From Eledone cirrhosa (lineage: Eukaryota), in the NCBI GenBank assembly GCA_964016885.1, contig OZ024743.1:370822001-370886000 (forward strand): a DNA stretch of 64,000 nt, in the 5' to 3' direction. This document shows positions 25,969-39,830 of the stretch, one piece after another. Position 1 is the stretch's first letter, and every line of letters begins with the position of its first letter. A program made the position numbers and the translations under genes. The notes below the pieces were generated by a model. That model made no database searches, was not told where the DNA came from, and saw nothing but the letters and a program-made list of their open reading frames with translations.

Positions 25969-27228
25969 GATTTCTTTATTGGCCATAAAGGCTGGCATCA
26001 AGAAAAACATTACAGACGGTACAGGACGGTACGATGTGGGTTTTGTTCGTGTAAAGATTTTTATTATTTATATAAGAAAAGAAAAAAAAAGGACATAGAG
26101 ACATATATATAAACAATAAAAATGAAAATTGAAACAATCAAAAATTCCCCCATAGGGGGGAAACCTCCGAGGGTTACTCGTGGTGAAAACCTCACAAAAG
26201 ACCACGGCCACCCTGACCACCAGGGCAAGCGCCCTCTCTCAATTTTTCCATTTCTCAAACTACAGGCATATATTCAGAGCGGTCCCGTTCACTCGGACCA
26301 TTCTCGCTACATTCACCCACCTTTCAACAAACTTGCTAGAAGGCAGCACTTGCCTCTCCACCCTGATTTTCCTGTTCAAGTGAAACTTGAAAAAGTTAAT
26401 TGGGGATTCGCCGAAGAGGAAAGTATCTGTCTTTAACCCTTTCAACCTTGTCAACCACACAATCTCTTTCGCCAAGGCCACCAGGCAGATGAAAACCGCC
26501 TGCCCTTCCTCCTCAAAGGAAGACGGCGAGACCATCTGCACAATGGACTCAGTCGATAACCGGATCAGTCCTACACGCAACAGCAACTGTTCAACATAGC
26601 TCCACAAGTCAGCAATGCTCGGACACTGAACGAGTGCATGCACGACGGTTTCGTCACTCTGCGCGCATCTCAGACAGGCTCGGCTGACGGCACTTCCGTG
26701 CCTGTAGAGTTTATCTCGAACTGGCAACGCTCCCCGGTAGCACTGCCAGGCCAGGGATTTTTTAAAGTTCTCTGGAAGAGAGCAAACAGCTGATCTTCTT
26801 CGACGCCCAGGATCTCTCCGAGAACGTCATCGCACTTCCCCTCCACTAGTCCTCTATAGAACGGGATGTTCCACCGATACTGGTGCCCAGCAGGCAGAGG
26901 GCAGTGAGCGCCTGGAGACATTCCAGTTTACAAGCGCTATCACTCGGTCTTTTCCTGACCTAGGACTGCAGCTCCGTCAAGGAGACGAGCTGTGGGAAAA
27001 CGTGCCTGGCGAACGGCGACCACACCTGTTCACCGTCAAGGAAGCAGCAGAGATGTCGCAGCCTCAGCGCATGTTTGCGCATCATCAGCCATGGCATGCC
27101 CAGTCCTCCACGCAAAGAGTGTTGACAGCAGATGGATTGTCTGACCATGGGAGCGCGTCCCTTCCACAAAAAGCAGAAGAGGAGGCGCTCCATTTTGGTG
27201 AGAGTTGGGCCGGGGCAAGAGACGACGG
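25969..27228 (-). mobile_element. 5'-truncated Tx1-like LINE
   Basis: C-terminal ORF2 (CLRCAQSDETVVHALVQC) and a 3' UTR nearly identical to the one at 18422; (TAA)n on both sides. Confidence 0.9.
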
Positions 27229-27243
27229 TAATAATAATAATAC

Positions 27244-28275
27244 TCCATTACAAACGATGCACAAAGATACAGTAATGGACTACAAATTTCAGAAATCCAT
27301 TTACTGCTGAAATGGAAAACACAGAAAAAGCAAAGCAGGTAAAAGTAACTGGAAAGAAAGAACTGCTACAGAAACTGGCTAAGAAATAGCAAGAAAAGCC
27401 TCTGTATGGAAAATACCCAGAAAGGGCTAACAATCCTGATGTTGACAAAACTTTAACCCATCAGTGGTTGGCATCCTCTGGACTGAAATCGGAGACTCAA
27501 GGACTAATTATATCAGCACAAGATCAGTGTCTGCCAACAAAAAATTACCAAGCCATCATAATAAAAAATGTATGCAGCCCATTATGCCGTGTATGTAAAA
27601 AACAACCAGAGACCATTGATCATATAATTTCAATGTGCTGTCCAAACGAATACCTAAACAGGCACGACAGAGCTGCACAATACATACATTGGATAATGTG
27701 TAAGCATTTTGACCTGCCCCATCAAAAGGATTGGTGGGAGCATCAACCACCTCCCGTACTTGAAAAAGATCACATCTCAATCTTGTGGAACTTTAGCATC
27801 CAAACAGACCGAAAAATAGATGCAAATAGACCTGATATAATACTGAAGGACTTTAAAAAGAGGGTATGCCTGTTAATTGATATGTCCGTTCCAATAGATA
27901 AGAATGTATCTATAAAAACATTTAAAAAATTGAGGAAGTATAAGGACCTGGAGATAGAAATTGGAAGGAAAAATGTGGAAATTAAGAACTAAAACAATAC
28001 CAGTAGGCGCTCTAGGAATGATACCTAAGGGGTCTAATGATTACTTATCGTAAATCCCAGGAAACCCGCATATAGGAGAAATACAAAAGATAGTACTAAT
28101 GGGAACAGCCCATATACTAAGGAAGATTCTGTCAATATAAGTACATCACAAGTCTAAACACCTAAAGATACATGTGTGTTCTTTCGTGAACATGGCGGAC
28201 CTTGTTGTATCTTGAGGTCACTGATGGTGACTTGGTGATAACTCGTATGAACATAACGCAAGATAAATGCAACTG
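27244..28275 (+). mobile_element. 5'-truncated R4/Dong-like RLE LINE
   Basis: GLKSETQGLIISAQDQ, CRVC..ETIDHIISMC, RHD, RPDII..LID..VP; preceded and followed by (TAA)n. Confidence 0.9.
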
Positions 28276-28299
28276 TAATAATAATAATAATAATGATAT

Positions 28300-29000
28300 T
28301 TGCAATTTGTTGAAAGATGGGTGAGAGAGGCGAGCATGGCCCGAGTGAATGGGCCTGCTCTGAGTATGGGCCTGTAGATTGGAGGGGGAAAACTGGCAGA
28401 GGGCATTTGCCCTGGTGGTCAGGGTCATCAAGGCTTTTTGTAGGCTTTCTCCACGAGTGACCCTCGGAAGCCCCCCATTGGGGAATTTTCCTTTGCTTCT
28501 TTTTTTGTCATTTCCTTTATTTTTTCTTTACACGCAGAAATGCCCATTTGTACCATACTGTGTGTCCTTAATGTTATATTTTATGTCAACCCTTGTGGTT
28601 TATAAAGAAAGCACTATTATTACTATTATTATTATTATTATTATTATTATCATTGTTCCGAGTGAACGGGACCACTCTGAATATACGCTTGTAGTTTGAG
28701 GAATGGGAAAAAATTGAGAGAGGACGCTTGCCCTGGTGGTCAGGGTGGCCGTGGTCTTTTGTGTGGTTTTCGCCACGAGTAACCCTCGGAGGTTTTCCCC
28801 TATTGGGCAAGTTATCATTGTTTGAATTTTCATTTTTATTGTATATATATATGTTTCTATGTCTTTTTTCTTTTTCGTTTCTTATACAAATAATAAAAAT
28901 CTTTACACGCACAAAACCCACATCGTACCCTCCTGTACTGTCCTGTGTACTGTTTTTCTTGATGTCAGACCTTGTGGCTAATAAAGAAATCATTATTATT
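28300..29000 (+). mobile_element. Two tandem Tx1-like 3'-end fragments, each ending in (TAT)n
   Basis: About 28300-28612 and 28654-28991; both end ccttgtgg..(t/a)ataaagaaa..(ATT)n. Confidence 0.85.
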
Positions 29001-29026
29001 ATCATTGTTGTAGTTGTAATTAATAA

Positions 29027-30614
29027 TGATTTCTTTATTAACCACAAAGGGTTTACAAAAAATACATTAAGGACAGCACAGGTTGGTACAAATAGAGATT
29101 TCTGTGTGTAAAAAAAAGAGAAAAAAAAAAAAAGATGTAACAAAAAAATGAAAACAAAGAAAAAATCCCCAATAGGCCACGGTCACCTTGACCACCGGGG
29201 CAAGTGCCCTCTCGCAGTTTTCTACCTCCAATCTGCAGGTACATACTCAGAGTAGGCCACTTCACTCGAGCCATGCTTGCCTCTCTCACCCATCTTTCAA
29301 CAAACTGTGGGAAGGGAGCACCTCGCTCTCCACACTGATTTTCTTTTTGAAATGAAATTTAAAAAAGTTAATCAGGGCTTTGCCAAAGAGGTAAGTACTC
29401 GTCTTCAGCCTTTCAGGTATGTCCACCACACAATTTCTTTTGCCATGGCCACCAGGCATATAAAAACTGCCTGACCTTCCTGGCTAAATGAAGGCAGCGG
29501 AGTAATCTTCAGGATGGATTTAGCTGATAGCCGGATCCGCCCTATATGCAACAGCAGGTGATCGACATAAACCCACAATTCAACAATGCTCGGACACTAG
29601 ATGAGTGCATGCAGGACTGTTTTGCCGTCCTGCACACATCTCAGACAAATTTGGCTGTAGTACTTCCATGCTTGTAGAGTTTATCCCAAACTGGCAAAGC
29701 TCCTTGGTAGCACTGTCAGGCCAGGGATTTATGTAAGTTGCCCCTGGGCCCTGGCCTGAAAGTTCTTCTGAAGAGATTGGCTAGTTGATTTTCATCGATG
29801 CCAAGCGTCTCCCCAAGGACGTCACGATCTTGCCTTCTACTAACCCCCCTATAGAAAACCAATGGGGGGCTTCCGAGGGTCACTCGTGGAGAAAGCCTAC
29901 AAAAAGCCTTGATGACCCTGACCACCAGGGCAAATGCCCTCTGCCAGTTTTCCCCCTCCAATCTACAGGCCCATACTCAGAGCAGGCCCATTCACTCGGG
30001 CCATGCTCGCCTCTCTCACCCATCTTTCAACAAATTGCAAATATCATTATTATTATTATTATTACAGTTGCATTTATCTTGCGTTATGTTCATACGAGTT
30101 TCCACCGATCACAGTGCCCAAATAGCCGTGGACTGTGAGCGTCTGAACACATTCCAGTCTCCAAGTTCTCCCTCTCATTCTTCTATTGACCCAGGACTGC
30201 TGCTCCATCAAGGAGACGAGCTGGGGAAAAACGTGTCTAGCAAAAGGCGACCACACTTGTTCACCATCAAGGAAGAGCTGGAGATGCCGCAGCCTTAGTG
30301 CATGTTTGCGCATCATCAGCCACGGCATGCCAAGCCCTCCACGTAGGGGGTGTTGATAGCAGATGGACCACCTGACCATCGGAGTACATCCCTTCCACAA
30401 ATAGCAAAAGAGCAAATGCTCCAATGCAGTTAGGCGAGGCTTAGGACAAGACATGACAGTCAGGTGATAGTAGCTGACTGAGACAATGTACATGTTTGTC
30501 ACCTCTGCTCGATTTTCCAGGGATGGCTTCTTTTTGGCACATTTCTGATCACCTCATCCCAGTTTTTGTCTGTCTGTCTGGCGGTCCAGCCCAAACCAGA
30601 CCCTAGCAATTTAA
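29027..30614 (-). mobile_element. 5'-truncated Tx1-like LINE with an internal inverted insertion
   Basis: QHPLRGGLGMPWL and C-terminal ORF2 motifs; 3' end preceded by taataat on the + strand. Confidence 0.85.
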
Positions 30615-30703
30615 CCACAACTACAATGGTGGTGGTAACAGTGATGGTAGTGGCAGTGATGATGATAATGGTAGTGAAGAGAATGACGGTAATAATAATA
30701 ATA

Positions 30704-30803
30704 ATTGTTTCTACTTTTGGCACAAGGCCAGCAATTAACAGTGCATTACTGGTACTTTATTTTATCGACCCCCGTAAGGATGAAAGGCAAAGTTAACCTC
30801 GGC
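30704..30803 (-). mobile_element. 5'-truncated SINE family A
   Basis: Same 3' end, with a (TAA)n tail at 30690-30704. Confidence 0.8.
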
Positions 30804-31827
30804 GTGATGGTGGTGAAAGTGGTGGTGATGATGGTGTTGATAATGATAAAGATACACTTTAGCCTGGCAAAGTAGGTTATATAGAGATGGTGTCTCAATA
30901 AAAATACCTGTGCGTGGGGAAAGCCCCAATCATGATGCAAAACAATAATGAAATATTTAATGGCGTGAATGAAGCTAGAAGCAATCATGGTGAAGGTTCC
31001 TCGCCCGGTATGTTCCAAGCCCACAGCAACAGGAAAATAATCTGGTTTTGGACAGTCGTTACCAAGGAACAGATCATATACAGTATGTGCGTGCAACTAG
31101 ACACAAATTTAAGAAGGTAGAGTACGCTACACTGACTAAATGCAATGAAAGAGCAAAAATGGAAGAAGTTATCGATTAGGATGATACACTGTGGACTTTG
31201 TCTGGAAAAGAGCATTTTTGAAATGTCTGAAAGTAAACTAATGAATTAAGTGAGGGTGATTAGGAGGAAGGGCTGGTTAACTGAGGTAGAAAATCTTGGA
31301 TTAGTGAATGCTTAAAGGAACCTGTAGATGAACAATAAAGCGCGGTTAGAGCTGAAGCTGTTTCTATGGTTGAAGGCAGAGAGAAAAATGGGAAGCAGGA
31401 GAAGGGAGATTGTGATGGGAATGTTAGGGCTGCCGAAGAGAAATAGCTAAGAACGAGAAGTATTGCAAGTGGTTGAGTCACTTAGATGATGAGTTGCTTG
31501 AATTATGTAGCTGGATTTAATGAATGCCCCAGAAGAATATGAGAAGAGTAGATAGGAGGTTGATAATTGAAACTACAAAAAAAGATAAATGCAGTCATAC
31601 ATATACATCCAGACATAAGACAAACTAAGAACCTCATCCAAGCTTGTAGAGGAACAAATGGGACTGATGAGCACTAAGCAGAGTAAGGCAAAAGTACGTT
31701 GGTGGAAAAGACACATTGAAAATGTCATGATGTGGTTGAGGCAGGATCTAAGTAAAATTGAACAATGGTTTAAAGGAAAGTGAAAAATGCAAAAAGGCTG
31801 ATGAAAAAGCAGTAGACAAGATATATA

Positions 31828-33113
31828 CAGGGTGGAGCATAAATTCGGAAGCAAATTTTTGAAATTTGATTTCTAAAAGTGTTGTAAGTCTATCATTAAT
31901 TTTATTTTATTTTTATGTTAAAACATTAGTCTATGTAAACATATTGGACTTTGTTTGAATTTCTTAAAGAATTTGAATGTCATCCAATATAGAAAAGATA
32001 CTCAAATTTCATCGCGCAGGGAGGTCAGTTTCGGATATTGCAAAGTTACTTTTGGTTGCAAGATCTACAGTTTGGAAAGCTGTGAAGCATTTTAAAGAGC
32101 AAGATTTGTTGGAGAGACCCAGAAGTGGAAGAGCACAAACTAAAGAGACTCCTACTCTCATTAAATCCGTTTGAGAAAGCATGATAAAAATGGCAAAAGA
32201 GGTCCGAGTAAGCCCTAGGACAATGAAAAGGATCATCAATGATGACTTGGTAATGTCTTCCTTCACCTTTCACAGGAGACATACCCTTTCAGAAAGGATA
32301 AAACAAAAAAGGCTAGAGTGAAGCAAGAATTTGCTTAAAGAAAAGAAACGTGGCATGGCAGAGGAAATTGTCTGGTCAGATGAAAAGATGTTCACTATTG
32401 AGTAGACACACAACCGAAGAAATGACCGAGTAATTAGAAAAAAAGCATCAGCAATCAGTGTTGACCAAACAACTGTATTCCATACAATGAAACCAGCTTC
32501 TGTTATGGTGTGTGTGTGTGGGGGGGGGGGGGGGGGGGGGGGGCTGTTTAATCATCTTAGAAGTTTCCTCTCATTTTTGTGGAAGAAAGGACAAAAATCA
32601 GCTCCCAATCTTACATAAATGGTATTCTGGAGCTAATGCTTGCCTCTGCAACTAATTGTTTTGGCAATGATTATCTGTGGACCTCCCAACAGGATGGAGC
32701 CATCTCTCATACAGCAAATATCACACAAGCTTGGTGCAGAGACCATCTTCTAAGGTTCTGGTCAAAATAAATGTGGCTTCCGTGTTCACCTGATTTGAGC
32801 CCTATGGACTTTTTAGTATGATCTATTCTTGAAGAAAAAGCCTGTTTAAAAGTCCATGAGACAGTCGATGATTTTAAAGCATTTTACTGAGTGAGAAAGA
32901 AATTCCCCAAGAAATGTAGTATGCTTCAGTGAAAGATGTTTGATGGAGGTTAGAGGCTGTTATTGCTGCATGAGGGGGTCGTTTTGAATAAACTCAATAT
33001 ATTATATTCTAAAGATATTTATGTACAATTACATATATGTTGCTGGTCAATAAAGTTAGAAGTTTTGTTATTAAAAGTATCTTTATTTGCTTCCAAACTT
33101 ATGCCCCACCCTG
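31828..33113 (+). mobile_element. Tc1/mariner superfamily DD37D (maT) DNA transposon, 1286 bp, non-functional
   Basis: 29-bp imperfect TIRs (cagggtgg(a/g)gcataa(a/g)tt(c/t)ggaagcaaat) and TA TSDs. Transposase from 31977 with HTH, WSDEK and QQDGA...SPDLSPMD (37 codons between the 2nd and 3rd D). Several stops. Confidence 0.92.
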
Positions 33114-34680
33114 TAAAATACGGAAGGGTGGATTTCATACAGTAATAGAACAGCTAAATCAGAGAATTCTCTTGAAAAGCCAGAAGATAAGGAAATGTGT
33201 AAATAGAAATAATACAAAACAATTCTTCTACACTCTGGAAGGAAACAATGGGAACGGGAAGGACACTATCCCTAATGCTGATAAGGCCAAGGAGTTCTGG
33301 AATGGGATATAGAAAAAAGTATGAGGTATAGAAAGGATGTCAAGTGCATAGACACCATCAGGGACAGAATTGTGAGGAAATATATAATGAGATATTACCA
33401 TAAGCAAAGTTGATGTGAAGGATCAAGCAGCCAGGATACCAAACTGGAAAGCTTCCGGACCGGATGGATCCACAGCTTTTGGCTGAAGAAATGCAATGCA
33501 ATACATGAAAGACTGGCAACACAATTGAATGATTGTGTCAAGAGAGGTACTGTCCCTTCTTGGACAGTTACAGGGAGAACAATGTTATGATAAAAGATAG
33601 AAGTAAGGGGAATGCTGTGGGAAGCTAGCACCCTATAGCATGCCTAAACATAATATGGATGGTTCTCACTGGGATATTAGCGGGTAAGACATATGCTTTT
33701 CTGTCACAGGAAGGAATACTAACAAGGGAACAAAAAGGAAGTAGGAAAAGTCCCAGGGTACCAAGGATCACCTGGTTATTGATAAGACAGTTTTGAGGTA
33801 TTGTAAGAAATATCACACAAACATGTCTCTGGCCTGGATTGACTTTAAGAAGGTATATGATTTGGTGTCCCATTCTTGGATTGGTGAATGCCTGCAGATG
33901 TTTGGTATTGCTAACAGCATCATAAGTTTATGCTGAATAGTATGCCAGAGTGGAAAACCAAGCAATATCTTTCTGAGAGAATTAGAAATTAAAAGAGGTA
34001 TCTTCCAAGGGGACTCATTCTCACTGTTACTAATTGTTATAGCATTGACACTTACTCTCAGAAATATCAAGATTGGCTACCAATTTGGAAAGCGAGGGCC
34101 ATTCATAAACCACATTCTGTTTAAGGATGAGCTGAAACTTTTTGGGAAGTCTGAAAACAAATAGATGCATTGGTTAAAACAGTTCAGCGATGTAGCAGTG
34201 ACATCAGTATGGAATTTGGGATTTCCAAATGCTCTGTACTCAACATGAAAAGAGGGAAGAAAGCACCCTGGATTATGATTGCCATCAAGAGAAACTGTGG
34301 GAAGAGCAGAAGATAGTGGTTATCAATATTTGGGGATCTTACAACTAGACGCTATTTTCACACAGAAATTAAAGAAAAGGTTAGAGGGATATATTTAAAA
34401 AGAGTAAAAATGATTTTAAAATCCAATTTGTGAGAAATCTGGTCATTGGAATGAATATCTGGGCACTTGCTGAGCTTAGATATAGTGCATCTATTCTCAG
34501 TTGGACTGAAGAAGAAATATCAAAATTAGGTAGAAAGACAAGTAAGTTAATGGCATTATCTGGAGCTTTACACTCTAAAGAATGGTGGCAGAGGCCTCAT
34601 CAGTGTGGATCATTATATCAGGAGTGAAAGGAGAATGCTTACAGAACATCATGGAGAATTGTTACAATAAGCAGCAGAAG

Positions 34681-37362
34681 ATCATCATCATCATCATCAT
34701 CATCACTGTTTTACGTCCGTTGTCCTGTTGTGGGCAGTGTCCGGGCAGCTGACCATGCCTTGCTCATACAGGAACTGATTCTGGCTTGATTTCTACAGCT
34801 GGATGCCCTTCCTAACACCAACCTCATTTACAGTGAGTGCTGGGCGCTTTTTTTCCGTGGCGCCTACACGTCCACTTTACAGTGTGGGCTGGGTGCTTTT
34901 TTGCCGTGGCACCTCCACGACCACTTTACAGTGGGAGCATATTGTCTATATGCTTCAGTTTTGGCTTGTACCTGTGGGGGATCGGCTCTTCTGTATTACT
35001 GCGTGACGCCAGAGGTCTAGGTTGTGTGGCATTGCCTTTGAGAGGTGTAATTGAGTAAGGTCGGCTTTTATCACCTCATCCCAGGTCTTCATCACCTTTT
35101 TATGGAGCTGTCATCCTTCATACGCATCACATGTCCATACCAATGCAACCGCCTCTCCTGCACACAGCATTTGATTCCTCTTATGCTCAGTCTCTCTCTC
35201 AATTCATTTATGCTTTGCCGTTCGCGTATATTACTATTACACATCCATCAGAGCATGCAGGCTTCGTTTCTTTCTAATCTGCGCAAGTCTTCCACAGACA
35301 GCGCCCAGGTCTCACAACCATGTAACATTGCTGTTCGTATACGCACATCAGTCTGCCTTTCATTTTGAGGGAAAAGCCTTTTGCAGCTAGCAGTGGCAGT
35401 AGCTCCCTGAACTTCTTCCATCCCGTTCTTACCCTAGTTATTGTACTTTCCGAACACCCACCTCCGCTGCTAATTCAGTCACCTAGGTAGCAGAAGCTGT
35501 CTACTGTTTCTATAGAGCCCTCCCAGAGTTTGGTGGTACTTGTTTCCTGTGACTATTTGCTGCTTGCTGTCCCAACACAACTGCTACATCACATGTAGCC
35601 GACATTCTTAGTTAAGCTTCCTAAGATCCCGCTACATCTCTTGTGTACCCATTGTTTGCATTTGGGGCAGAGAATGGAGTTCCTACCTACACCTTTCCTA
35701 CATACTGAGCAAGGCCATTTCTCTGGGGGGATCTGGGTTTTGTTTTCTCATCTACTTACAAAGACCCTAGTCTTTGTCAGGTTGACCCCGAGACCCTTTC
35801 TCTCTAGTCCCTGCTTCCAAGTTTAGAATTTCTTCTCTAGTTCTACCATAGATTCAGCTATAAGTGCGAGGTCATCTGCATACAGGAGTTCCCATAGGCA
35901 TCCGGTCTTAAACTCCTCCATTATTGCCTCCAGAAGTATGATGAACAGGAGAGGGCTAAGAACAGAGCCCTCGTGGACACCGACCTGTACATTAAATTCC
36001 TCGCTATAGTCATTGCTAATCCTAACTTTGCTGACTGCTCCCCTACACATGGCTTGTACAGCTTTCACAAGCCATTCATCTACACCTTGTTTTCTAAGAG
36101 CCCACCAGATTATAGCACAGGGAACTCTGTTAAAGGCTTTCTCGAGATCGACAAATGCCAGGTAGAGCGGCTTACTTTTAGCTAGGTACTTTTCCTGTAA
36201 CTGCCTCACAAGGAAGAGGGTATCAGTGGTGCCTCTTCCTGGTACAAACCCAAATTGCATCTCCTTTAGTTTCACCTGGTCCCTAATCAACTGTGCTATA
36301 ACTCTTTCTGTTACTTTCATGACCTGGTCCATCAGATTTATACCTCTATAGTTTCCTCCATCTAGTGCTACTGCACCAATCCTTTGGTATGACACTTTCT
36401 AGTATTACCTGGTTAACAATATACGTATGGTTATGGTGTGACCTACCGACCCAGATGCCTTCAGCATCTCGGCAGCTATACCCGATGGACCGGTTGCCTT
36501 CCCCGTCTTCATATCTTTGATTGCCTTACTTACTATGCTGCTACTGACTTGTACTGCTGGCCCCTCTATAGGGTCTACTTGGGGTAGGGTCTCTTCCGAT
36601 GCATTCTTCTCATTTAGTAATCTATCATAATAGCTCTTCCACGCATCTTTCTTCTCAGCACTTGTGAGGGCAAACTCACCTTTATCACTCCGGATACACT
36701 TCTCTCTAATGACATCACAATTCTCTCTGACACACTGCCTCACAATCTTGAACACCTCCTGTTTCTGGTCCTCACGTTACAAAACATGCTTGAATTTTCT
36801 ATCCTCTGCTTCCCTCCTAGCTAAGTATACTTGTCGCCTAGCTTCCCTCCAAGTGTCTCTATGTAATGTACCCTGCTTCCCCCGTTCTTCCATTCTTTCC
36901 ATGCCTGTCTCTTGGCCTTAACTGCTTCATCTACCTTATTGTTCCACCACCAAGTCACTCTCCTCCTGCCTGTGGTTTTACTCCAGCCACAGATCTCATC
37001 CGTCGCCTTTAGTAAGTTATTTTTTAGGAACTCCCAGTGCTCTTCTACATTGAATATCTCTATCTGTTCTTCTTTACTGTCATAGGCATTGAGTAAAATA
37101 TCTTTAAATCTGTTACTGGCTGAGGGGTCTTTCAGCTTCCAGATCTTTCTTCTCCAGGTTGGCTTCTGTTTCCAGGTTCGTCTAGTTCTGACCGTGAGGT
37201 CGCTGATAACTAAGCAATGTTGGGAGGTACATTCCTCACTAGGGAAGACTTTTGTGTTTACGACCGTCCATCTGTCACGTCCTCTGATGAGGATAAAATC
37301 TATCTGACTAGAATGCTCCCCTGATCTATAGGTGATCATGTGGTTGTCGGGTTTTTTGATAT
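34681..37362 (-). mobile_element. 5'-truncated RTE LINE
   Basis: (GAT)n tail, 3' UTR and EN C-terminus through RT (QFGFVPGRGTTD, YADD). Confidence 0.92.
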
Positions 37363-38988
37363 GGGTATAAATGCAGTAGAAATGGTTGGAAAGGAAGAGT
37401 TTAACCAAGGAGCAGAAGAGAAAACTATAAGATCTAAGAATGAGAATGCATGGTCAGTTTGAGAGAAATATACAAGATATCATGAATAAAACAACATCAT
37501 GGACATGTCTTAAGCAAGGAGATTTGAAATGTGCCACTGAAGGCCTTATAGTTGCAGCACAAGACCAAGCTCTTGCTACCAATTGGAAGAAGTATAACTT
37601 CTACAAAACTTCTGACACTCAGAAATGCAGGATCTGTGGAAGGAATGTGAAAAGTGTGGCCTTCTTGGTAAGTGGATGTGAGAGCCTTGCACGAAAAGAA
37701 TACAAGTGCTGCCATAATAAAATCTGTCTATACTTTCATTGGCTTCTGTGCCATAAATACCAATATAAAGTCATAGAGAATTGGTATGAACATGTGTCTT
37801 ATAAAGTAATGCAGGAGGATGGGAAAGCAATGATATTCTGGGATTATGAGTTTCAAATTGATAGAATCATTAAGGGTCCCCAACATTGAACAAGAAAGAC
37901 AAATTCTGTCAGATCATCAATGTGCCCATACCACTTACTTGTGAGTAAGGAGATTGAAAAAAAATCACCAAGTACTCTGAATTGAAAGTGGAACTGGCAA
38001 GACTATTTGGAATGCAAGAGGATAATGTGAAAGTGATACCAGTTGTGATTGGAGTATTAGGATCAATCCCATTAAAAATTCAAGACTTCTTAAAGTGACT
38101 ATACAAGTTGGGTGTCATACAAAAGGTGGCTTTGCTAGGTACTGTGCCCATTTTGAGGAAAGTATGATCTGTCCTTGTTGCAGCTTGTCAAATGACTAAA
38201 CACCCTGGTGCATTATACATCTGCACTGCATGACAACAACAAAAACCCAAACCTATTTCTATTCATTTAACATTAGCAAATAGTTATGACAATAGCAAGC
38301 TTATAAAGAGAATAAAGAACTAAAACAAACATTTAGTTTAACGAAAAATTTGAAATGAAATAATAAAAAAACAGATAAATAAATAAACAATTAATCCAAC
38401 TTGAAATACTTCATTTTTGTTTTGTTCTTTCCATTTTATTTTTTCATTTTCTTATTTAATAAAAAAAAAAAAAAAAAACTTTCATTGAATGTTATTGTGA
38501 AAATTTTTCAGGAAAAAAGTTATCCTCAAAAAAATAAATTTATAAAAACTGAAAATTTAATTCCAGTTGAATGCCATTTTATTTCGTTCATTTTCTTAAA
38601 TACATCACTTATTTCAATTTAAAGCTTTACCTTGATGTACTTATACAAACACACACACATCATCCCCATTTTACAACTATTCTCCATGTTTGCATGGATT
38701 AGACAGGTCATCAGGTTCTGAAACTAAATAGGTCAGATGACTGTATCTCACTCATATGTTCTATTCTGGCATAGTTTCTACAATGGGATGCCCTTCTTGA
38801 TGCCAACTACTTCATGACGTGTTGGGTGCTTTTTATCATAGCACTATTACAACCAACTGAAAGGGTGGACTGGGTGCATTTTATTTTTGGCACCAGCACT
38901 CCCACATTTCAACACTAGAGCACTTCCCTGGAACCATAAAAGAGTACTGATCCTATAATTCTGTGAGTGATGGTGCCAATGCAACTCA

Positions 38989-39094
38989 TTTAATTACAGA
39001 TGATACCTCACCAAATCATCAGAATACTGATCTGCTAGTACTAGCACACAGATCAGTATTCTGATGATTTGGTCAGGCATCAACTGTAATTAAA
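38989..39094. repeat. Inverted repeat, ~46-bp arms with a 14-nt spacer
   Basis: taattacaga...atcatcagaatactgatctg / cagatcagtattctgatgat...ctgtaatta. Confidence 0.9.
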
Positions 39095-39208
39095 AGTGAC
39101 ATAGCTTCTGGCGATTAGTGATATTTAGACACACCGGACTAACAAAACAATTGTTAATACTTTAAATAAACCCTATTGTACAGTCGGCCATGTTATTCTT
39201 CACTCATT

Positions 39209-39242
<34 letters not shown>

Positions 39243-39286
39243 CATTGTGTAGTTTGCTGGAAGCATTGTTGAATAGGAAACACAAA

Positions 39287-39542
39287 TTTAAATAATTCTG
39301 AAAACCATACAATGCATTAGAAAGAAAATCAAGATTGCTAAGATTACAAAGAATCTTATCTGAGCAAATTTGATAATCCCCTGCTCTCTAAACAAACAAG
39401 TCAACTCCGATCGATCTTTTAAGTCCCTCAGGGTTACTCCCTTGATAATGGGATATCAAATTTGCTAAGGTAAGATTCTTTGTTATCTTTGCAATCTTGA
39501 TTTTGTTTCTAATACATTGTATGGTTTTCAAAATTATTTAAA
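39287..39542. repeat. Inverted repeat, ~93-bp arms with a ~69-nt spacer
   Basis: 39287-39380 is the reverse complement of 39450-39542, with scattered mismatches. Confidence 0.9.
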
Positions 39543-39830
39543 GATATATATATATATATAAACGGTAAAAATGAAACGAAACTTCATTTCTCACTCTTAG
39601 TACGGCTGTTACTTAAATATAAGTATGTATACGTACATACATATATGTATACAGATGTACAGTAGTATGTATATATATATATATACATACATGCACACAT
39701 ATATATATGTACGTATGGATTCACCGAACATTTATTATAATGCTCGGTGTGTTTGTAAACAAACATCCCGAATTAAGCCGTACAGTGTCTAGCAACCATC
39801 GTTGCTCATTTGTTCAACACTGACAAAGGA

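Larger units (their letters stand above)
30880..38240 (+). mobile_element. Old, long R4-like RLE LINE interrupted by a maT transposon and an RTE
   Basis: PNWKASGPD, WIDFKKVYD, GIFQGDS.S, HGQF, TEGLIVAAQDQ and CRIC motifs are collinear across the insertions; ends near a (CAA)n tail at about 38233. The 5' boundary is uncertain. Confidence 0.75.

Noticed and set aside
39058-39100. CTGATGA box in the 46-bp palindrome (and a CTGAGGGA in the spacer near 39425) as further hammerheads
   Set aside because: There is no correctly placed GAAA box or closing stems.
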